Assembly: GCA_041650075.1 (NCBI GenBank)
Contig: JBAZLX010000001.1
Span: 1 to 38,225 of the forward strand
Direction of reading: 5' to 3'
Length of the DNA: 38,225 nucleotides
Source of the DNA: Bdellovibrionales bacterium
Lineage (GTDB): Bacteria; Pseudomonadota; Alphaproteobacteria; UBA9219
Shown: piece after piece, positions 33,767 to 38,225 of the stretch
How positions within the stretch are numbered: the first letter of the stretch is position 1
Layout: each line of letters opens with the position of its first letter
Made by a program: the position numbers and the translations under genes
The notes under the pieces: model-generated
The model's input: the letters and a program-made list of their open reading frames with translations, nothing else
What the model was told of the DNA's origin: nothing
Database searches by the model: none

Positions 33767-34001
33767 GCGTAGAGAAAATCTTGACTTTACGAACGACATA
33801 GATAAAATTTTACGTAATTTCGAGAGGCTCCCCAAGCGCATGAAGCGGGAGGATGCTTTAAGATATTACGGAGGCAAGATTAAGAAGATATTCGGTGCCG
33901 AAGATATAGCGATACGTGATTTTAGGCACGTTGAAGAATACTTCGATTATTACGAAGCGTTAAAAATCAAAAAGGAAAATGATGTGCAATTTAAAAGTTA
34001 G
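33735..34001 (+). CDS. Hypothetical protein
   Basis: 88-aa ORF overlapping the upstream gene by 32 nt. Confidence 0.5.
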   Translation: MKKTHGEAYVERRENLDFTNDIDKILRNFERLPKRMKREDALRYYGGKIKKIFGAEDIAIRDFRHVEEYFDYYEALKIKKENDVQFKS

Positions 34002-34266
34002 ACAGTGTGTGTTAAGCGGCAACGTCTTGTCAATCTCTAAAACAAAACGTAATGTATCGGTGGTTCATTTGAAAACAAGAAGCATTGTGGATGGCAAGAT
34101 GATGCAGAACCGAGGAATCCCTATTATTGTAAACGGCGATCTTGACTATCTATGTATCGATGATCCTATCGCGTTTGTAGGGTACATAGTTCCAGATCGT
34201 TTTAACCCTGATGGCGTGTGTATGATGGCTAAAGCGGATCATGCGTTTGAGCCGGAGGGGTGGTGA
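33979..34266 (+). CDS. Hypothetical protein
   Basis: 95-aa ORF overlapping the upstream gene by 23 nt. Confidence 0.5.
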   Translation: MMCNLKVRQCVLSGNVLSISKTKRNVSVVHLKTRSIVDGKMMQNRGIPIIVNGDLDYLCIDDPIAFVGYIVPDRFNPDGVCMMAKADHAFEPEGW

Positions 34267-34267
34267 T

Positions 34268-34597
34268 ATGATTTCAAAAGAGCTGCTAAGAGAAGTATGG
34301 AAATGGAAGTATGCAACAATCAAAGACTGTAGGGTTGCAGGGAAGCATATTGAAGTTACTTTTAATGAGACAAACTCAAAAGATAAAATAAATATCTACG
34401 AGCTGGTTCATAAGTGTAAAGAGTGGGCCATGAATCAGCAGTATTCGCTTAGAAGTGAAATATATCGTAATGGTTGTGGTTATGTACTCTGTGAACCAAG
34501 AACATCTGGCTTAAAAGATAGTAGCTTTACTGGGAGCACAGAACCAGAATCAATCTTCAAAGCCTGCCAATGGATTTTAGATAACAAGGACAAGTGA
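34268..34597 (+). CDS. Hypothetical protein
   Basis: The start at 34268 (MISKELLREVW) has a GAGGGG SD. The track start is 34241. Confidence 0.55.
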   Translation: MISKELLREVWKWKYATIKDCRVAGKHIEVTFNETNSKDKINIYELVHKCKEWAMNQQYSLRSEIYRNGCGYVLCEPRTSGLKDSSFTGSTEPESIFKACQWILDNKDK

Positions 34598-34743
34598 TGC
34601 TACGAGTACGCGGAGTCTATAAAATGAAAAACGGTCGGTACTTGGTGAAGAAATACGGTGTGCACATCGGTTGTTATGATACCATCGATGAAGCAAATAA
34701 ACACGCAAAAGATGCGGAAAAAGAAAGGGAGTTATTGAGATGA
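34597..34743 (+). CDS. Stand-alone AP2-like DNA-binding domain protein (48 aa)
   Basis: Hand translation: MLRVRGVYKMKNGRYLVKKYGVHIGCYDTIDEANKHAKDAEKERELLR. The pattern GVY...GRY......IG.YDT.DEA is AP2-like. It overlaps both neighbours at start and stop. Confidence 0.5.
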   Translation: MLRVRGVYKMKNGRYLVKKYGVHIGCYDTIDEANKHAKDAEKERELLR

Positions 34744-35162
34744 GCCAAAGTCGAAAAGAACAGATTAGAGAGCTAATCATGGAGGAGTATGACGGTACAC
34801 AGTATAAGGTAAGAGAGTTGTCAGAAGATGAGCGCAAAAAACATCGCGAACGATACGGGCTAGACGGTGCTTATGACACTGATGAGCAAATAGTTGAGTC
34901 ACTAGGCATTAAGCCTAACGGGGCTGTATTTAAATCAAAGTACGACCGAGAGATTAAAAAAGATGTATATATCGATGTATATGATGTGTTATGTTGTTTT
35001 AATGTGACTAACCCAGCAATTGCCCATGCGGTAAAGAAGTTATTGATGCCTGGGAACCGTGGGTATAAAGACATGGAGCAGGATTTGCACGAGGCAATCC
35101 AAGCCATATATCGCGGAATTGAGATTGAAGAGGGAAGATTGGGGCTTACGCACGTTATTTGA
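34740..35162 (+). CDS. Hypothetical protein with a DUF3310/SaV-like C-terminal pattern
   Basis: 140 aa. IDVYDVLCCFNVTNPAIAHAVKKLLMPGNRGYKDMEQDLHEAIQAIYR resembles the remembered DUF3310 pattern. It is the last gene of the rightward arm. Confidence 0.4.
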   Translation: MSQSRKEQIRELIMEEYDGTQYKVRELSEDERKKHRERYGLDGAYDTDEQIVESLGIKPNGAVFKSKYDREIKKDVYIDVYDVLCCFNVTNPAIAHAVKKLLMPGNRGYKDMEQDLHEAIQAIYRGIEIEEGRLGLTHVI

Positions 35163-35164
35163 AT

Positions 35165-36340
35165 CTATGAAATAGCTCCTATATCAACCGTATTGCGTGA
35201 TATTTCCCCGTGTTGCTTATGGTAAGTAATAGCGGTCATATTACGCTTACTACGATACCCATGCTCATTATGCCATGCGTCTTTTGCGGCAAGGGTATTA
35301 AATGATTCAGCTATGCACGTTCTCATCTCCCATGAATGTTTACTATGGACATGCCCTAAAATCCAATATCGATGTTTTGTTTCGCTCCAAATATCCTCAC
35401 AATCTGAAGCCATTAATTCACCTAAATCACTTGGCTTAACAGTATCTCCATGCGTAACGGCTATCAATGTCTTTCCAAATTGATGATACCAAAACGGCTT
35501 AGGCTCATTAAATATCTTAACTCTAGGCTCATTCCTATACCATGCCGAAAGGAACTCACTCATGAACATTTCAAGTGTATAGGAGTGATTTCCCATAGCA
35601 TTACGTACCATGACCGTATTATGCTTCAATAGGCATTTATCAATAATCTTAACCATTAATTGCATACCAGTTCTGATAATTTTAGTTAGCCGCCCGTCCA
35701 CGTCTAATACATTCCCGCTCTTAGGCGTTCTATTTGTTCCATCATTACCATGAAACCAATCTCCACAGTTTACTATTAATGCAGATTGTGTTGATCGTGT
35801 TGCATCGGTTAGATGTGATACAGCATTAGTTAGTAACGTTTCAGATATACACATATCATAATCATCGCCAGTCTCTTCGTGCCATGATAGCATTGAATGA
35901 TGCTGATCCCCAATAATATAAGCTGTCAATAAGTCATCATCTACAATATTAATATTTCTAACTGGTTTTGATTTGCCTTCAACTTGACTACAAAGCGATT
36001 CTATTGCCTCTTGCATAGCATTAAATCGATCTTCTTCTTTAGCTACTTTCTGAACCCACTCATTAGTCTCCCCATTCTTATTGGTAAATGTTGAAATCTT
36101 CTTAATGGCAAAACCCATCGGTACCGGATGGTTTAAATTTGCTTGGGGGGCAAACCCTGCACTTGATGCAATGGACTGAATTTTATAAAACATACGACGT
36201 ATAGATGATTCATCTTTTTTAAGATGTTGTGCGGCCTTTGAGAAATTGCCGTGATCTATAATTGCTTTAATTGTTTCGGATTGAAGTGGTGTGCAGTAAT
36301 CGAGCAGTGTGGTTAATTCTTCTTTATTATATTTCATCAT
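35165..36340 (-). CDS. HTH domain fused to a calcineurin-like metallophosphoesterase
   Basis: 391 aa. The N-terminus ETIKAIIDHGNFSKAAQHLKKDESSIRRMFYKI is HTH-like. The ordered phosphoesterase motifs are IIGDQHH, CGDWFHGND, MGNHS, VTHGD and LGHVHS. Confidence 0.75.
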   Translation of the reverse strand: MMKYNKEELTTLLDYCTPLQSETIKAIIDHGNFSKAAQHLKKDESSIRRMFYKIQSIASSAGFAPQANLNHPVPMGFAIKKISTFTNKNGETNEWVQKVAKEEDRFNAMQEAIESLCSQVEGKSKPVRNINIVDDDLLTAYIIGDQHHSMLSWHEETGDDYDMCISETLLTNAVSHLTDATRSTQSALIVNCGDWFHGNDGTNRTPKSGNVLDVDGRLTKIIRTGMQLMVKIIDKCLLKHNTVMVRNAMGNHSYTLEMFMSEFLSAWYRNEPRVKIFNEPKPFWYHQFGKTLIAVTHGDTVKPSDLGELMASDCEDIWSETKHRYWILGHVHSKHSWEMRTCIAESFNTLAAKDAWHNEHGYRSKRNMTAITYHKQHGEISRNTVDIGAIS

Positions 36341-36363
36341 ACGCCCTTGTTTAAGTTGCGCCT

Positions 36364-36372
36364 ATTATAGCA
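36364..36372 (-). promoter_or_regulatory. Extended -10 promoter candidate (TGCTATAAT) for the HTH-phosphoesterase gene
   Basis: Minus strand TGCTATAAT, about 24 nt upstream of the ATG at 36340, with AAGGG as SD. Confidence 0.45.
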
Positions 36373-36387
36373 ACATTGCGTCACACT

Positions 36388-36624
36388 TTATCGACAAGCG
36401 TCGATAGTCTTTCGTAATATCTCATTCTCTTCTTTTACGGCGGTGTAATTCTTTGTACACCGCTTCTCCTCTTCTAACAATGTAGGCTTATCTTTGTGAT
36501 CGATTACCGCACGATCCACTTCTCCGATATTGCACGACGTTGGAACTAAAATGATCTTCGATGAACATCCGCTAATAATTAAAGCTGTGCATAAAAGTAA
36601 GAGCATTTTCACAATCACTGACAT
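36388..36624 (-). CDS. Outer-membrane spanin (Rz1-like lipoprotein)
   Basis: The start at 36624 (MSVIVKMLLLLCTALIISGC) has GGGAGG upstream and an ISGC lipobox. It overlaps the 3' end of the i-spanin gene in another frame. Confidence 0.7.
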   Translation of the reverse strand: MSVIVKMLLLLCTALIISGCSSKIILVPTSCNIGEVDRAVIDHKDKPTLLEEEKRCTKNYTAVKEENEILRKTIDACR

Positions 36625-36898
36625 TTTTGTCACCCTCCCATGTATCGATATTTTCATAAATGACTTCATATCGTGTTTTGATCTTCACGATCTCTTTTGG
36701 AAGCTCTGCAAGTTTTCGCTTATGCTCTTCCGCCTCTTTTAGGATTGTGGCGTTTTGAAACTCTAACCCGCTCTTGTATTGAGCTAGGTCGATCTCTAAA
36801 GCCTTGGCTTGGTTGTCTTTCCATAGGTACACAAAAATAACCAATATGGTTAATATGAGGATAGCGATCTCGCGCCAAAATTTGATTAAGTAAATCAT
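36572..36898 (-). CDS. Inner-membrane spanin (Rz-like)
   Basis: 108 aa. N-terminal TM segment IAILILTILVIFVYLW followed by charged coiled-coil sequence. It overlaps the lipoprotein gene downstream. Confidence 0.7.
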   Translation of the reverse strand: MIYLIKFWREIAILILTILVIFVYLWKDNQAKALEIDLAQYKSGLEFQNATILKEAEEHKRKLAELPKEIVKIKTRYEVIYENIDTWEGDKNVSDCENALTFMHSFNY

Positions 36899-36902
36899 CG
36901 CA

Positions 36903-37118
36903 CTATTTCTCCTCGATAGGTTTTGTTGTCATCTCTCTAAGAATATACATCGCAATACCAAAAATAACTGCATACGCTACTCCCCATGATACTCCGATTT
37001 TTTCAGCAACTATATGCTTAATCTCTGGAGTGTATTGATCTACGACTATTCCCATCCCCATTAGATACGTTGCGACGTGATGTGTTTTTGATTTTAGGCG
37101 TTTGAATATCTTGTTCAT
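36903..37118 (-). CDS. Small two-TM membrane protein (holin/antiholin candidate)
   Basis: 71 aa. Hydrophobic segments VATYLMGMGIVV and VAYAVIFGIAMYIL. ATGA overlap with the upstream holin-like gene. Confidence 0.55.
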   Translation of the reverse strand: MNKIFKRLKSKTHHVATYLMGMGIVVDQYTPEIKHIVAEKIGVSWGVAYAVIFGIAMYILREMTTKPIEEK

Positions 37119-37444
37119 TTTCCGATCCTATCTGCGATTAGCCTTTCAATAAACAATAGTCCGCGTGTACCTTGATGAGATGATATGCCGATACAAGCCG
37201 CTGTTAGCCATTCGTCAAACCCTGAATATCTGCAAAGAGAATATGTAATCACGCCAATGAAGCCAGATATCACAACGTCTCCCACCCATTCGCTCAGAGT
37301 AAATCTAGCAATTGTACCGTCTTTAATTTTCCTAATAGTATGCACAGTCCCCCCCCAGAATGAAATAGCCATAACCCAAATTAATGTGAAAATGGCGTTC
37401 CAGTCGGAAGGTGGAGTATTATTTGGCATACTGTTCTCTTTCAT
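37115..37444 (-). CDS. Holin candidate (multi-TM)
   Basis: 109 aa. Hydrophobic segments IFTLIWVMAISFWGG, VVISGFIGVITYSL and WLTAACIGI, with a basic C-terminus. It lies between the endolysin candidate and the spanins. Confidence 0.6.
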   Translation of the reverse strand: MKENSMPNNTPPSDWNAIFTLIWVMAISFWGGTVHTIRKIKDGTIARFTLSEWVGDVVISGFIGVITYSLCRYSGFDEWLTAACIGISSHQGTRGLLFIERLIADRIGK

Positions 37445-37473
37445 TTTTATTTATTATAGCATAACCGTTTATG

Positions 37474-37899
37474 CTATGCCACTTCCAGATAGACTTTCTC
37501 TCCCATCGATAATGCGTTTTTGACTTTCTTATGCAGTCTTTCGTATGCAATACGTGAAGCCCCCACAAAGTCATCATCATCTCGATTGTTGATAGAGCCG
37601 ACAATAATACATCCTTCGGTATCTTTGGAGCTGTTCCCACTATGTATTAGGATACCTTCAAAGCATGGAACGCCCGTAACAGCGATTAAATGCTTTTTAA
37701 AGTGGTTGCTGAATCTGATGATTAGCTCATATTCTCCACGTGGGATGCACGTTTTATTTTGCACTTTTGCAGAGCACCCATGTATTTCTAGTTGTCGATC
37801 TTTATCTTCAACAGTGAAACACTCAAAGACATCATCCAGATAGATACGACCTTCTGTGTGATTTTCTCCGATGAATTTGCGAATTAATTTTAATTTCAT
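37474..37899 (-). CDS. Endolysin candidate, DUF5675-like with a YkuD-type His...Cys motif
   Basis: 141 aa, first gene of the lysis cassette, with an AGGAG SD. IPRGEYELIIRFSNHF...VTGVPCFEGILIHSGNSSKDTEGCIIVG resembles the remembered DUF5675 pattern and the H-x(n)-GC core of L,D-transpeptidase folds. No other muralytic gene was seen. Confidence 0.5.
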   Translation of the reverse strand: MKLKLIRKFIGENHTEGRIYLDDVFECFTVEDKDRQLEIHGCSAKVQNKTCIPRGEYELIIRFSNHFKKHLIAVTGVPCFEGILIHSGNSSKDTEGCIIVGSINNRDDDDFVGASRIAYERLHKKVKNALSMGEKVYLEVA

Positions 37900-38030
37900 T
37901 TATGCTCCTGTTATTTTCTTTATTTAGATATTAAATATCAAGAGATGTATTAAATCTCTCTTTATCTGTTTTGTATATGTATTTTTTGTTAAATTCTTTT
38001 AGTGTCATTTGCTTTGCTTTTGTATTAAGA

Positions 38031-38225
38031 CTATACATGCATCTCTCCGCTTATCCAAAAATTACCACTAGTTGAGTAAACATTATTAGCATTAAGATGA
38101 CATAGCGGTACTGAAACAAAAATATTACCAACACAATTTGACTGTAGGACATTATCATTGCCGCTATAATAAAATCTCATAGATGTTGCAGCTGTTGTTA
38201 ATATTGTTCCAGCAAAATCTCTAAA
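38031..38225 (-). CDS. Tailspike 3' end, continuing 1..1552 across the circular junction
   Basis: Joining position 1 to 38098 keeps the frame: ...VPLCHLNANNVYSTSGNFWISGEMHV, with TAG at 38031..38033. The circularised gene is 1620 nt (539 aa). Confidence 0.8.
   Translation of the reverse strand, partial: FRDFAGTILTTAATSMRFYYSGNDNVLQSNCVGNIFVSVPLCHLNANNVYSTSGNFWISGEMHV
38099..38225. repeat. Terminal overlap copy 2, identical to 1..127
   Basis: Exact 127-nt identity with the window start. An overlap of this kind is typical of a circular contig reported with a k-mer-length overlap, or of a short direct terminal repeat. Confidence 0.95.

Noticed and set aside
37931-38038. A 35-aa minus-strand ORF (MYSLNTKAKQMTLKEFNKKYIYKTDKERFNTSLDI) between the tailspike and the lysis cassette
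   Set aside because: It has no SD and its start is embedded in the last tailspike codons. The region also contains an AGAGAT/ATCTCT hairpin, which is more likely a weak terminator or processing site.
1-38225. Genome-wide TGA reassignment (code 4 or 25) as the explanation for the ssb in-frame TGA
   Set aside because: The portal, coat, gp10-like, gp16-like and terminase ORFs have sizes close to their P22 counterparts under the standard code, and many genes end in TGA with coupled ATGA restarts. Only ssb shows a same-frame conserved extension.
1-38225. A diversity-generating retroelement, retron or group II intron
   Set aside because: No reverse-transcriptase-like ORF (no YxDD-type motif in any sizeable ORF) and no template/variable repeat pair was noticed.

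Overview
The window appears to be a complete, circularly closed genome of an AT-rich tailed phage. Bases 1..127 are identical to 38099..38225, so the unique length is 38,098 bp. The morphogenesis module resembles P22 by eye: terminase small and large subunits, P22-type portal, scaffold, P22-type coat, gp4-like adaptor, gp10-like tail hub, needle/fibre, gp7/gp20/gp16-like ejection proteins, and a tailspike with a P22-type head-binding N-terminus. The tailspike gene is cut by the linearisation point.

Two arms diverge from a 630-bp control region (26541..27176) and converge 2 bp apart at 35163.
- The minus arm runs from 26540 down through 1, wraps round and ends at 35165. It carries early genes (HTH, YopX-like, Rha, replisome organiser, methyltransferase, NinG), then the packaging, head, tail and ejection genes, the tailspike, a lysis cassette and an HTH-metallophosphoesterase.
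- The plus arm (27177..35162) carries Erf, a YqaJ exonuclease, a NinB-like protein, three envelope proteins, SSB and many small ORFs.

No integrase, CI-type repressor, reverse transcriptase, cas gene or rRNA was seen.

The items most worth a second look:
- an in-frame TGA separating the SSB OB-fold from its DEIPF tail;
- a three-gene opposite-strand cassette with its own promoter between scaffold and portal;
- four approximately 35-40 bp repeat units with a TAAAGCTTTA palindrome core in the control region;
- a non-canonical tRNA-Asn-like element;
- an HTH-calcineurin-type phosphoesterase with its own promoter;
- a YkuD-like candidate endolysin;
- an early membrane/lipoprotein trio;
- a GIY-YIG homing endonuclease inside the tail-hub genes.

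All family calls are by-eye motif comparisons with remembered sequences. No searches were run.
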